Below, in pieces: positions 18,196-28,836 of a DNA stretch of 64,000 bases; within the stretch, counting starts at the first letter, position 1, and each line of letters starts with the position of its first letter. Where the stretch lies: positions 352,001-416,000 of the forward strand of contig CAXXVO010000005.1 in the NCBI GenBank assembly GCA_963422645.2, in the 5' to 3' direction. The DNA comes from Alphaproteobacteria bacterium (GTDB lineage Bacteria > Pseudomonadota > Alphaproteobacteria > UBA828). The position numbers were made by a program, and so were the translations under genes. The notes under the pieces were generated by a model that was given only the letters and a program-made list of their open reading frames with translations, did not search any database and was not told the DNA's origin.

Positions 18196-19434
18196 ATGAC
18201 CGGGACGGAGAGGATCACCACGCAGAAGGTCTGGAGCGTCGGCGAAATGCAGCGCCGCCTGTGCAATCTGCACGCGCTGATGGATGAGCGCTCGCTCGAT
18301 GCCGTGATCCTGACCAGCCTCCACAACGTCCTCTACTACACCGGCTTCTTCTGCCCTCCCTTCGGCCGGCTGCACTCCGCAGTGATCCCGCGGAACGGCG
18401 AGCCCGCGCTCATCGTCTCCCTGATCGAAGATGTCCGGCCACAGCACTGCTGCTACTACGAGGACATCCGCCTGTTCCACGACTGGGAGATGACCCCGCT
18501 GGAGAACAACGTGCGGCTCTTCGGCGAGGTTCTGCGCGACCACGGAATTTCCGGCGGCCGCCTCGGCTACGAGGAAGATTCGGTATCGGTCAGCTTCAAG
18601 GCGATGATCGACAGCGCGCTCGGCGGCTTCGAGTTCGCCGACGTGGCCTACGACACCATGCGCCAGCGGCTGATCAAGTCGGAGGAGGAGGTTTCTCTCA
18701 TCCGGCAAGGCGTCAAGATCTGTGAGGTCGGCGGTTACGCTGCGCTTGAGGCAATGAAGCCAGGCGTGACCGAGGTCGAGATGGCGCGGGCGGCCAATTC
18801 CGCGATCGAGAACGAGCTCCGCCGGCGCTTCCCCGACATCGAGGTCGACAACGTCAACACGTGCTGGATTCAGACCGGCCCCTATCGCAGCCGCGTCGGC
18901 CACATCATGAACGCGCATCGGGTCGTGCAGAAGGGCGAGATGATCAGCGTGAACCCCTACACGATCATCGGCGGCTACTACCACGTCCTGGAGCGAAGCC
19001 TCTATTGGGGGCATATCCCCGACGACGCGCTCGCGGCCTTCAAGACCAACGTCGAGGCGCATCACGCGGGGCTGCGGACGCTCCGCGCCGGCATCAAGTG
19101 CTCGGACGTCGACAAGGTGATCAACCCGATCTACCGCGAGGCGGGCCTGCTGGAGGGGCGTTCCTTCGGCACCGGCCATTCGGTCGGCATCATGTGCATC
19201 TGGTACGGGCGCGAGGAGGGGGGCGAGCTTCGCCAATACAACGACACGGTGCTCGAGGAGAACATGGTCGTGACCATGGAGCCGATGGTGAACGTCGACG
19301 GTCTCGGCGGCTTCCGACATCACGACATTTGCCGGATTACCGCCGACGGCATCGAGAACCTCAACACCTTCCCGCGCGGCGTCCTGCTGGCGCAGGACGA
19401 CGGAAGCCTGGAGGAGCTGTGGCTGCCTTCCTAG
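18196..19434 (+). CDS. Creatinase-like amidinohydrolase (M24 fold)
   Basis: FGR, GYYHVLER, FGTGHSVG..YGREEGGELR..DTVLE..VVTMEPM, GGFRHHDI resemble creatinase motifs; AAGGAGG SD. Confidence 0.8.
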   Translation: MTGTERITTQKVWSVGEMQRRLCNLHALMDERSLDAVILTSLHNVLYYTGFFCPPFGRLHSAVIPRNGEPALIVSLIEDVRPQHCCYYEDIRLFHDWEMTPLENNVRLFGEVLRDHGISGGRLGYEEDSVSVSFKAMIDSALGGFEFADVAYDTMRQRLIKSEEEVSLIRQGVKICEVGGYAALEAMKPGVTEVEMARAANSAIENELRRRFPDIEVDNVNTCWIQTGPYRSRVGHIMNAHRVVQKGEMISVNPYTIIGGYYHVLERSLYWGHIPDDALAAFKTNVEAHHAGLRTLRAGIKCSDVDKVINPIYREAGLLEGRSFGTGHSVGIMCIWYGREEGGELRQYNDTVLEENMVVTMEPMVNVDGLGGFRHHDICRITADGIENLNTFPRGVLLAQDDGSLEELWLPS

Positions 19435-19468
19435 ATCGGCTCACCGGCCTGGCGCGCCGAGCGGTGCG

Positions 19469-21529
19469 ATGACCGCCAGACTTGCCGCGGACATCGGCGG
19501 CACCTTCACCGACCTGGTGCTCCTGGACTCCGGCGGGAGCGTACATGTCGCGAAGACACTTTCGACCCCGGGCGATTTCAAGGAAGGCGTGCTGAGCGGC
19601 GTCGAGAGAATCCTGTCGGATGCCGGGGCGGCGGCGGGGCAGGGCATCGCGCTCGCCGATGTCGACTACTTCGTGCATGGCGCGACTGTCGTGCTCAACG
19701 CCCTGCTCGAGCGGAAGTTGCCGAAGTCCGCGCTGATTACCACCCAGGGGTTTCGCGACGTGCTCGAGATCATGCGCACCAACAACCCCCGCATGTACGA
19801 CCTCAAGTGGGTAAAGCCGAAGCCGATCATCCCGCGCCATCTGCGCTTCGAGGTGGCCGAGCGCGTCCGTCACACCGGCGAAGTGCTGTGCGCTCTGGAC
19901 GAGGATGGGACCCGCGCGGTGGCGCGCCGGATCGAGGCTCTCGGCATTCGCTCCGTCGCGCTCTGCTTCCTCCATGCCTACGCCAACCCGGACCACGAGC
20001 GCCGTGCCCGAGAGATCATCCTGGAGGAGCACCCGGAGGCGCATGTCACCATCTCCTCCGATGTCGCGAGCGAGCTCAGGGAGTTCGAGCGCACGTCTAC
20101 GGTCGCCATCAACGCGAGCACGATACCCATCATCTCGGCCTATCTGGACGGTCTGTCGCAGGCGCTGAGTGACCGGGGCCTGCAGCGGGAGCTCTTCGTG
20201 ATGCAGTCGAACGGCGGCGTCATCACGAGCCGGACCGCCCGGCACCTGCCGGTCCGCACCGTGATGTCGGGTCCGGCCGGAGGTGTCGTCGGCGCTCAGT
20301 TCATCGCGAATCGCATGGGCCTGCGCGACGTGGCGACCATCGACATCGGCGGCTCCAGCAGCGACATGGGCGTCATATCCGACGGCCTGGCGCGAACGGT
20401 CGACCAGAGCGCGGTCGAGGGCTGGCCGATCATGGCACCGACCATCGAGATTCTGGCCATCGGGGCCGGCGGCGGAAGCATCGCCTGGGTCGATGCCGGA
20501 GGAGCGCTTCGCGTCGGCCCGAAGAGCGCGGGCGCCCGCCCGGGTCCCGCCTGCTACGGTCTGGGCGGAGACGAGCCCACCGTTTTCGACGCCTGCGTCA
20601 CGCTCAATCGGCTGAACCCCGATTACTTCCTCGCAGGCGAGATGGTGCTCGACCGCGCTGCTGCCGAGCGTGCCATCCGGGAGCGGATCGCCGAGCCCCT
20701 CGGGATGGACGTCGCCGACGCCGCCGACGGCATCCTCAGGGTCGTCACTGCAAATATGAACAAGGCAATCCGTTCGATCCTGATCGCACGGGGCTTCGAT
20801 ATCCGCCAGTTCACGCTCATGGCGTTCGGCGGCGCTGGCGGCATGGTGGCAGGCGAGCTGCTCCGCATCGGTGACGTGCACCGGCTCGTCGTGCCGAGCA
20901 ATCCAGGCGCAGTTTCGGCCATCGGGATGCTCGCCACCGACCTCCGCCACGACTTTGCGCAGTCTTCGGTCCAGTGGTTCGGCGATGTCGTGTGGGGTGA
21001 AATCCGGCGCACCCTGCAACATCTTCGAACGCTCGGCGCAGAGCGGCTCGAGGCGGACGGCGTGGCTGAAGCGGCAATGCACTTCGACGACGCGCTCGAC
21101 CTGCGCTACGTCGGGCAGGACTATTACCTGCGCGTCTACGTCGATGGCGACGACCTCGACGGCGAGCGCATCCGGGCCGATTTCGACCGGCTGCACGAGC
21201 ACACCTACGGTTTCGCCAATCCGGAGTTCGAGGTCGAGATGGTCAATGCGCGGGTCTTCGCGATCGGTGCGTTCGAGCGGCCGCAGCTTCCCGAATTCGG
21301 CGCACGCGGCTCGTCGGATGGCCCGCTCGCGCCGAAGGCGCGTCGCCCGGTGTTCTTCGACGGTGCGTTCGTCGAGACGGATATCTACGATGTAAGGGCG
21401 CTGCGTGCCGAAGATGCGGTTGCCGGTCCTTGCATCATCGAGGATCCGCGCTCGACGATCATCGTCATGCCGGGCCAGAGCGCGACGGTCGATCGCTTTC
21501 GCAATCTCTCGATCGAGGTCGCGGCTTGA
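19469..21529 (+). CDS. hyuA: Hydantoinase/oxoprolinase subunit A (N-methylhydantoinase A-like)
   Basis: DIGGTFTD, HGAT..NALLE, SGPAGG, GAGGGSIA, SAGA.PGPACY. Confidence 0.92.
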   Translation: MTARLAADIGGTFTDLVLLDSGGSVHVAKTLSTPGDFKEGVLSGVERILSDAGAAAGQGIALADVDYFVHGATVVLNALLERKLPKSALITTQGFRDVLEIMRTNNPRMYDLKWVKPKPIIPRHLRFEVAERVRHTGEVLCALDEDGTRAVARRIEALGIRSVALCFLHAYANPDHERRAREIILEEHPEAHVTISSDVASELREFERTSTVAINASTIPIISAYLDGLSQALSDRGLQRELFVMQSNGGVITSRTARHLPVRTVMSGPAGGVVGAQFIANRMGLRDVATIDIGGSSSDMGVISDGLARTVDQSAVEGWPIMAPTIEILAIGAGGGSIAWVDAGGALRVGPKSAGARPGPACYGLGGDEPTVFDACVTLNRLNPDYFLAGEMVLDRAAAERAIRERIAEPLGMDVADAADGILRVVTANMNKAIRSILIARGFDIRQFTLMAFGGAGGMVAGELLRIGDVHRLVVPSNPGAVSAIGMLATDLRHDFAQSSVQWFGDVVWGEIRRTLQHLRTLGAERLEADGVAEAAMHFDDALDLRYVGQDYYLRVYVDGDDLDGERIRADFDRLHEHTYGFANPEFEVEMVNARVFAIGAFERPQLPEFGARGSSDGPLAPKARRPVFFDGAFVETDIYDVRALRAEDAVAGPCIIEDPRSTIIVMPGQSATVDRFRNLSIEVAA

Positions 21530-21561
21530 GGTCGCGCGGCGGGTCGGGTTGAGGGGGTACC

Positions 21562-23385
21562 ATGGCCAAGGCAATGCATCTCGCTGAAAGGGCGCAGGAA
21601 GCGGCGGTCGATCCGGTCACGCTCGAGGTCGTCCGCGCCGGCCTGCATTCGATCATCAGCGAGATGTCGATCACGCTGAACAGGACCTCCTATTCGACGA
21701 TCCTTCGCGAGATCAACGACTACAGCTGTGTCCTCTTCGATAGCCGAGGCCGGCTTCTGGCTCAGGCCGAGGGCATCCCGGTCTTCAACGGCAGCATGAA
21801 CTTCGTGGTCGATGCGGTGATCGAGAAGTTCCCCCTGGCAGACATGCATCCAGGGGACATTTTTCTCTCCAACGATCCCTATACGGCCGGAGGCACGCAC
21901 AAGAACGACATCAACGTCGTCATGCCGATCTTCTGGCAGGGCGAGCTGGTGATGCTGGCGGCGAACAAGGCGCATCACCTGGACATCGGCGGCAAGGACC
22001 CGGGCAGCTGGTCGGCGGATGCGCGCAACACCTATCAGGAGGGCCTCTGCCTTCCCGTCCTGGGGCTCGCGCGCGGTGGCGTGATGAATGAGGAGATCAT
22101 CGAGGTCCTGATGGCCAACCTGCGCACGCCGACGCTGTCGCGCGGCGACTTCTCGGCCCAGATCGCAGCGCTGAAGACCGCGGAAGTCAGGACTCACGAG
22201 TGGCTGGAGAAGAATGGTGCCGATGTGCTGACCCGGACAGCGGACGCGCTGCTGGACCACGGCGAGCGTGTCGTCCGTGCAGCCATCGAGCGAATTCCCG
22301 ACGGGGTCTACAAGGCATCCGGCTTCGCCGATGGGGACGGCGTCTCTGACGAGCCCATTCCCATCGCGGTCACCGTCACGGTCGACGGCAGCGACATCTA
22401 CATCGACTACAGCGGGAGCGGCGCCCAGAGGGAAGGCTCGGCGGGGAACGCCCATTGGGTCGTGACGGTCTCGATGACACGCCAAGCGATGATGTTCTTC
22501 ACCGACACGGCGCTCGGCGGCAACGAGGGCTCGTACCGGCCGATCCACGTGTCGGCACCGACCGGCTGCGTCTTCAACCCGGAGTACCCGGCGCCGGTGA
22601 CGACCGGCATGGGCAACATGGGCACGCGGCTGATCGAGCTGATCTTTCAGGCGCTGGCCGACGTCATTCCGGATGAGGTCATCGGCGGCACCTTCGGCTG
22701 CTTCAGCTGTATGACCCTCGGCGGCAAGGACCCGCAAACCGACGGCGAGTTCGTGCACTTCGAGTGCTATTCCGGTGGCTGGGGCGGGCGCCATCATGCG
22801 GACGGAAACAGTGCGACCGTCTCGCTCGGCAGCGGAGACGCCTACAACATTCCGGTGGAGGTGATGGAGACCACCACGCCGATCCTGCTTTGCGAGAAGT
22901 TCGCCCTGCAGGAGGGCTCCGCCGGTGCCGGCAGGCATCGCGGCGGCTTCGGTACCGAGATCGACTACCGGATGATGGGCGAGGCCGAGCTTGCCATCGC
23001 TCTGGACCGCGAGACCTTCAGGCCCTATGGGCTGTTCGGCGGCCTGGAAGGGCAGGGCAGCGAGCTCCTGGTCGAGCCCGGCACGCCGTCGGAGGAGCGT
23101 TACGTCCGCGCGAGCGGCGTGAAGGTGGCTGAAGGCGCGCTGGTCCGTCACCGGACGGCAGGCGGGGGCGGCTACGGCCCACCGGCCGAGCGCGATCCGG
23201 CCCTGGTTGCGAATGATTGCTTGAACGGACTGATTTCCATCGAGGACGCGCGCGAGCTCTATGGCGTGGTGATCGATCCCGGCACCTTCGCGCCGGACCT
23301 CGACGCCACGGCCGCTCTCCGGCGGTCGTGTCGAGGCGAAGACGGTGCTTCGCCGCCGCCAGCCGGGACCGAACAGAGTCGGTGA
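21562..23385 (+). CDS. hyuB: Hydantoinase/oxoprolinase subunit B
   Basis: NDPY..GTH..D, AHH.DIGG, YQEG, GAGRHRGG, GGGGYG. Confidence 0.92.
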   Translation: MAKAMHLAERAQEAAVDPVTLEVVRAGLHSIISEMSITLNRTSYSTILREINDYSCVLFDSRGRLLAQAEGIPVFNGSMNFVVDAVIEKFPLADMHPGDIFLSNDPYTAGGTHKNDINVVMPIFWQGELVMLAANKAHHLDIGGKDPGSWSADARNTYQEGLCLPVLGLARGGVMNEEIIEVLMANLRTPTLSRGDFSAQIAALKTAEVRTHEWLEKNGADVLTRTADALLDHGERVVRAAIERIPDGVYKASGFADGDGVSDEPIPIAVTVTVDGSDIYIDYSGSGAQREGSAGNAHWVVTVSMTRQAMMFFTDTALGGNEGSYRPIHVSAPTGCVFNPEYPAPVTTGMGNMGTRLIELIFQALADVIPDEVIGGTFGCFSCMTLGGKDPQTDGEFVHFECYSGGWGGRHHADGNSATVSLGSGDAYNIPVEVMETTTPILLCEKFALQEGSAGAGRHRGGFGTEIDYRMMGEAELAIALDRETFRPYGLFGGLEGQGSELLVEPGTPSEERYVRASGVKVAEGALVRHRTAGGGGYGPPAERDPALVANDCLNGLISIEDARELYGVVIDPGTFAPDLDATAALRRSCRGEDGASPPPAGTEQSR

Positions 23386-23423
23386 TGTTCAAACACGGGA
23401 AAACCGAAGGGGAGGGCTTGATC

Positions 23424-24521
23424 ATGTGGAAGTGGATTACCGGGGCCGTTGCAGCGGTCGCGATAAGCGCGTTTGCCGTCTCGGCGTCGGAGGCGGCATT
23501 TAAGCTGGAGGGCGAGCCCAGGGTCGCGATGCTCCAGCTCGCCACCGTAAACGACGGCGGCTGGTCTGAGGCGCTCGAGTACGCGCGGGTCAAGACCGAA
23601 GAGGCGCTGGGCATCGAGATCGCCTATACGGAGAACGTGGCCGAGGACAACTCCGAGATCCTGCGCACCATCGATCTCTACGTGAACCGGGGCCACAACA
23701 TCATCATCGGCACCTCGTGGGGCTATGGCGACGCCTTCCTCGAAGCCGCCGCCAAGTACCCCAACGTGGCCTTCGTGAACTGCGCCGGCGAGACCAACAA
23801 CTCGGTGAACCTGGAGAGCTTCTACGCCCGCAGCTATCAGGGCTGGTATCTCGCCGGGATCGTCGCCAGCCATCTGACGCAATCCAAGAAGGTGGGCGCC
23901 ATCGGCGGCTATCCGCTGGGCGTGGTGAACTGGGACCTCAACGGCTTCCTGCGCGGGGCGCAGTCGGTGGATCCTGAAATCGAAATGGTCGGCGTCTTCG
24001 TCAACACCTGGTACGACCCGGTGAAGGAGACGCAGGCGGCAGAGGCCTTGCTGGAGCAGGGCGTCGACGTGCTGGGCTCCAACATGAGCACGCCAGGCCC
24101 GCATCTCACGTTCCAGGAGCAGGGCAAGTGGTCGGTCGGCTTCCAGGTCGACGTGTCCGACCAGGCACCGGATGCGGTGGCGACCTCGATGGTCTACAAG
24201 TGGGAGGCCTATTTCATCCCAACGATCTCTGCGATCATCGAAGGGACCTGGGAGCCTGGCGAGTGGGGCTGGTGGGAAGGAATCGATACCGGTCTCTTCG
24301 ACGTCGATCCCATCGCGGACTGGGTGCCGGCAGCGGCGGTGGCGGATATCGATGCGGCGCGCGCGGCGATGGCCGCGGGCACGCTCGATCCGTTTCAGGG
24401 GCCGCTCCACCGCCAGGACGGCTCGCTGGCAGTGCCCGAGGGCGAGGTTCTCTCCGACGACAACCTGTGGGGAATGAACTACTTCGTCCAGGGCGCCATC
24501 GGCACCATGCCGGCGGAGTAA
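23424..24521 (+). CDS. BMP-family ABC transporter substrate-binding protein
   Basis: Signal peptide, DGGW, IIGTSWGY, TWYDP..E. Confidence 0.88.
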   Translation: MWKWITGAVAAVAISAFAVSASEAAFKLEGEPRVAMLQLATVNDGGWSEALEYARVKTEEALGIEIAYTENVAEDNSEILRTIDLYVNRGHNIIIGTSWGYGDAFLEAAAKYPNVAFVNCAGETNNSVNLESFYARSYQGWYLAGIVASHLTQSKKVGAIGGYPLGVVNWDLNGFLRGAQSVDPEIEMVGVFVNTWYDPVKETQAAEALLEQGVDVLGSNMSTPGPHLTFQEQGKWSVGFQVDVSDQAPDAVATSMVYKWEAYFIPTISAIIEGTWEPGEWGWWEGIDTGLFDVDPIADWVPAAAVADIDAARAAMAAGTLDPFQGPLHRQDGSLAVPEGEVLSDDNLWGMNYFVQGAIGTMPAE

Positions 24522-24567
24522 ACCTGCCGGGCCGTTTGCGGCCCGCAAGTCGTGCCGGCGCGACAGG

Positions 24568-26067
24568 GTGAGTCATGCCCTGGAAATCGCCGGTGCGAGT
24601 AAGGCGTTCGACGGCCGCCCGGCGCTCAGGCGGGCGTCGTTCGCCTGCGACTGGGGCGAGGTCCACGCCCTGCTCGGAGAGAACGGGGCCGGCAAGTCGA
24701 CGCTGATGAACGTCGCCTGCGGGCTCTATGCTCCGGACGAAGGCACCATCGCGGTCGACGCCCGGCCCGCCACGATCACCGCGCCGGCCGACGCCGCCAA
24801 GCTCGGCATCGGCATGGTCCACCAGCACTACAAGCTGGTGAAACGCTTTACGGTTGCCGAGAACATCGTGCTTGCCTGCCACAGCGCACTCGGCGTTCGG
24901 CGCCCGCGGGACGCGGCCGTGGCGGTGGCGGCGAAGGCGGCGGAAGTGGGCTTCGACATCGACCCCGATGCTGTCGTCGGCGACCTCTCCATCGCCGAGC
25001 AGCAGCGCGTCGAAATCCTCAAGGTGCTGCTCCTCGGCGCCCGGATTCTCATCCTCGACGAGCCCACTTCGGTGCTGACCGATCAGGAATCGGTCTCGGC
25101 GCTCAGCTTCATGCGCCGCCTGGCCGAGGATGGCCACGCGGTCGTCCTGATTACGCACAAGCTGCGGGAGGTGATCGGCTATTCGTCGCGGGTGACCGTG
25201 ATGCGCGGCGGCGAAACGGTGCTCGCCGGCGCCGAGACGGCGGGGATGGACGCCGAGACGCTGGCCCGGACCATGGTGGGCGAGGAAGGCGAGACGACCG
25301 AGCGCCACGCCCGGACGCTCGGCGAGGTGCGGCTCCGGGTCGAGGAGCTGAGCGTTCGCGGCGCCGGGGCCGTCGGCGTCGAAAGTGTCGGCTTTGCCGT
25401 GCGCGGCGGAGAGATATACGGGATCGCGGGCGTCGGCGGCAACGGGCAGCAGGAACTCGCCGACGCGCTTACCGGGCTGCGCCCGCCCGCCCGTGGCCGA
25501 ATCGCGATCGATGACGACGAGATCGCGGGCCGGGATGTCCCCGCCTTTCGCCGTCGCGGGATGCGCGCCGTGCCCGCCGACCGGTTCCGCACCGGCCTCC
25601 TGGCGGAGCTCGCGGTCTACGAGAACCACGGGGTGACCGGCGTGCCGGCCGGCGAATACGGCAACCCGGCACTGGTTCGCCTTGGCGCCATGAAAGCGGC
25701 GGCGGCGGGTGCCATCGACGCCTACAACATCCAGGGTGCGGCGCCCGCCACGCTTTCCAGGCTACTTTCCGGCGGCAACGCCCAAAAGCTCCTGCTCGCG
25801 CGCGAGCTTCGGGGGAAGGCCAGCGTGCTGGTCGCCCACTCTCCCACCCGCGGACTCGACGTGAGCGCCTGCCGCACCGTCCACGACCTGCTGCAGGGCG
25901 CGGCGGACGCGGGCACCGCCTGTGTGCTGATCAGCGAGGACCTGGAGGAGGTGCTCGCGCTCTCCACCACCATCGCCGTGATCAGCCGGGGCAGGCTGGT
26001 GGGTGAATTCGCCGCAGGCGAGGTGAGTCGCGCCGAAATCGGCCGTCTGATGCTGGGCCATGCTTAG
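24568..26067 (+). CDS. ABC transporter ATPase (two domains, nucleoside/sugar type)
   Basis: GENGAGKS, LDEPT, LSGGNAQK. Confidence 0.92.
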   Translation: MSHALEIAGASKAFDGRPALRRASFACDWGEVHALLGENGAGKSTLMNVACGLYAPDEGTIAVDARPATITAPADAAKLGIGMVHQHYKLVKRFTVAENIVLACHSALGVRRPRDAAVAVAAKAAEVGFDIDPDAVVGDLSIAEQQRVEILKVLLLGARILILDEPTSVLTDQESVSALSFMRRLAEDGHAVVLITHKLREVIGYSSRVTVMRGGETVLAGAETAGMDAETLARTMVGEEGETTERHARTLGEVRLRVEELSVRGAGAVGVESVGFAVRGGEIYGIAGVGGNGQQELADALTGLRPPARGRIAIDDDEIAGRDVPAFRRRGMRAVPADRFRTGLLAELAVYENHGVTGVPAGEYGNPALVRLGAMKAAAAGAIDAYNIQGAAPATLSRLLSGGNAQKLLLARELRGKASVLVAHSPTRGLDVSACRTVHDLLQGAADAGTACVLISEDLEEVLALSTTIAVISRGRLVGEFAAGEVSRAEIGRLMLGHA

Positions 26068-27130
26068 CCCGATCTACCTCGTGCCGCGCCAGCAGGCGCC
26101 GCTCTGGATGCGGGCAGCGACGTTCGTGGGCGGCATCGCGCTCGGCCTGCTCATCGCCTTCGGCATCCTCATCGCCTATGGCGTCTCCGCCGGGCAGATC
26201 GTCAACGAGTTCATCGTCTACGTGTTTCTCGATTTGAACGGCCTTGCCCAGGTCGTGACCGCCTCGACGCCTCTGGTGTTCGTCGGCCTCGCGGCGGCGG
26301 CGGCGCTCAAGCTCAAGTTCTGGAACATCGGTGTCGAGGGCCAGATGTGGCTGGGCTGCATCGCCGCGACCGGCGTCGCCCTCTTCGACATCGGCCCCGA
26401 CTTCTTCCGCCTGCCGCTGATGTTCATCGCTGCCGCCGTGGCCGGTGCCTGCTGGATCGGCATTCCCGCCTTTCTCAAGCTCCGCTTCCGGGTCAACGAG
26501 ATCATCACCTCGCTGCTGCTGACCTATGTCGCCTATCAGCTGGTCCAGCATCTGTTGTTCGGCCCGTGGCATGATCCCGGCAGCGCCTTTCCCAACTCGC
26601 GGCACTATGACGAGGGGATCGAGCGTCTGGCGCGGCTCGGCTGGGGTTCCTCGCACACCGGCATCTGGATCGCCCTTGGGGCCGGGGCCCTGCTCTGGTT
26701 CACCATGGCCCGCTCGCGGCTCGGCTTTTACATGGATGCGATCGGCGCCAATGTGGAAGCGGCGCGGGCGGCGGGCATCCCGGTCGTGCTGACCACCGCA
26801 TTCGCCGCAGCCATGTCGGGCGGGCTCGCGGGCGTCGCCGGCGCGGGGCTCGCCGCCGGTCAGGAATACCGCATGACGCTCTTCATCGCGGGCGGCTACA
26901 CCTTCAGCGGCATCGTCATCGCCTTCATCGGGCGCTTTCGGCCGGTCCCCGTCATCGTCACGGCGTTCGTGGTGGGCGGCGTCTACACGGCCGGCGACAC
27001 GCTCAAGGTGTTCTATCAACTGCCTGCGGCAATCACGACGCTGATCGAGGCGGTCATCCTTCTCACCTTCGTCGTCGTCGAGTTCTTCAGCCGCTACCGC
27101 CTCAGCTGGGGCGTGCGGGAGCACGCCTGA
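26060..27130 (+). CDS. ABC transporter permease
   Basis: WNIGVEGQ, NEIITSLLL, multiple TMs. Confidence 0.9.
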   Translation: MLSPIYLVPRQQAPLWMRAATFVGGIALGLLIAFGILIAYGVSAGQIVNEFIVYVFLDLNGLAQVVTASTPLVFVGLAAAAALKLKFWNIGVEGQMWLGCIAATGVALFDIGPDFFRLPLMFIAAAVAGACWIGIPAFLKLRFRVNEIITSLLLTYVAYQLVQHLLFGPWHDPGSAFPNSRHYDEGIERLARLGWGSSHTGIWIALGAGALLWFTMARSRLGFYMDAIGANVEAARAAGIPVVLTTAFAAAMSGGLAGVAGAGLAAGQEYRMTLFIAGGYTFSGIVIAFIGRFRPVPVIVTAFVVGGVYTAGDTLKVFYQLPAAITTLIEAVILLTFVVVEFFSRYRLSWGVREHA

Positions 27131-28059
27131 TGGCGGCCGATTTCGTCCAGAACTGGCTCGCCACCACGCCGGGCTTCGCCACGCCCTACCTGCTCGCGGC
27201 ACTCGGCCTGATAATCAATGAGCGCGCCGGCGTCCTCAATCTCGGCTGCGAAGGCATGATGCTGGTGGGCGCGATGACCGGTGCGGTCGTGAGCTTCCAC
27301 ACCGGACTCGCCGGCGCCGGCGTTCCCGTTGCCATGCTGGCGGGTGCCCTGGTCGGCCTCGTGTTCGGGATCGCCGTCGTCGTCTTCCGCACCGATCAGG
27401 TGCTGACCGGGCTCATCATCGTCGCTCTCGGCGACGGGCTGACCGGGGTCGTCGGCCGGCCCTACATGTTCGAGAAAGTCGCCGGCTTTCGCGACCTCGA
27501 TCTCGGCGTGCTGAGCGATATCCCGTGGATCGGCCCGATCGTCTTCCGGCAGGATATCCTGGTCTACGCCGCTGCAGCGCTTGCCATCGGGGTGTGGTGG
27601 GGTCTCGAACGCTCCAACGCGGGCCTCAGGCTCCGCGCCGTTGGCGAGGATCCGGCGACGGCGGATATTGCCGGTGTCAACGTCCAGCTCTTTCGCATCG
27701 CCGCCGTGATGCTGGGGGGCGCGCTATGCGGAATCGCCGGGGCCTACCTCTCGCTCGCCTCCAGCTTCGTCTGGACCGAACACATGGTCGCCGGCCGAGG
27801 CTGGATCGTCATCGCGCTCGTCATCTTCTCCGGTTGGCGGCCGGGGCGCGCGGTGATCGGCGCGCTCATCTTCGGCGGTGCGGAGGCTCTGATTCCGCGC
27901 GTTCAGGCCATCGGCCTCGACGTGCCGATCTATATCGTCGGCATGCTCCCCTACGTGCTGACGCTCGCGGTGCTGATCGTCCCCACAATTTTGCGCGGCG
28001 AGCGCTCGCCCGCGCCGAGCGGGCTACTGCTCAACTATCTCCGGCAGGATCGGCGTTAG
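27130..28059 (+). CDS. ABC transporter permease
   Basis: ERAGVLNLG.EG, GLRLRAVGE, GRGWI..ALV. Confidence 0.9.
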   Translation: MAADFVQNWLATTPGFATPYLLAALGLIINERAGVLNLGCEGMMLVGAMTGAVVSFHTGLAGAGVPVAMLAGALVGLVFGIAVVVFRTDQVLTGLIIVALGDGLTGVVGRPYMFEKVAGFRDLDLGVLSDIPWIGPIVFRQDILVYAAAALAIGVWWGLERSNAGLRLRAVGEDPATADIAGVNVQLFRIAAVMLGGALCGIAGAYLSLASSFVWTEHMVAGRGWIVIALVIFSGWRPGRAVIGALIFGGAEALIPRVQAIGLDVPIYIVGMLPYVLTLAVLIVPTILRGERSPAPSGLLLNYLRQDRR

Positions 28060-28116
28060 ACTGTCGTCAGGAAGATAGGGCGATCATCGTCATCGACACG
28101 GAATGGGAGGCTAGAC

Positions 28117-28728
28117 ATGTCCGGCTTGGCAACGGTGCGCGAAACCCACGAAGTAGCCGCGCGCAGCGGCAAAGCGTTCGAGGTGGCAACCGGAGACCTG
28201 ATTCGGATCACGGATCTGGAGGGATCGCAGCCGGTGGATTTCTGGGCCTTCAGCAAGGCGGACCACCTGGAGTATCTCTCCTGCGAGCACACCAAGCCCT
28301 CGATCGAGAAGCTGTTTCCCCACGTCGGCGATTCGGCATACACCAACCGGCGGCAGAAGATCGTCACGGTGGTGGACGACACCTCTCCCGGCCAGCACGA
28401 CATGCAGTACGCCGCCTGCGATCCCACGCGCTACGCTGAGTTGGGAGTCGAGGGCTATCACGAGAGCTGCCAAGAGAACCTGCACCTGGCGCTCGACGAC
28501 TTCGGCATCGTGCTCGAATTCACGCCGCAGCCCTGGAACCTGTTCACCAACTTCTTCATCAACCCGGACGGCACCATCACCATCAAGGCGCCTGAGTCGA
28601 AGCCGGGCGATCACATCGTGCTGCGGGCCGAGATGGACGCCATCGTTGTCGTCTCCGCCTGCCCCCAGGATCAAAACCCGACCTGCGGCGGGCAGCCCAG
28701 CGATGTCCGCGTCGAGGTCGGGGGCTGA
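28117..28728 (+). CDS. DUF1989 / urea-carboxylase-associated family protein
   Basis: G.Q..D.WAF, HD...AAC, SC.ENL, NLFTN, SACPQD. Confidence 0.88.
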   Translation: MSGLATVRETHEVAARSGKAFEVATGDLIRITDLEGSQPVDFWAFSKADHLEYLSCEHTKPSIEKLFPHVGDSAYTNRRQKIVTVVDDTSPGQHDMQYAACDPTRYAELGVEGYHESCQENLHLALDDFGIVLEFTPQPWNLFTNFFINPDGTITIKAPESKPGDHIVLRAEMDAIVVVSACPQDQNPTCGGQPSDVRVEVGG

Positions 28729-28836
28729 ACGCAGGCGCGCCGCCGACTTCCCACAGGCTGGATATTCGCCGGGGCAGCGACTATGTAGTGTGCTGCAGTG
28801 CAGCATTCGCTTGCCGGACACGGGAGAACACAGAAC

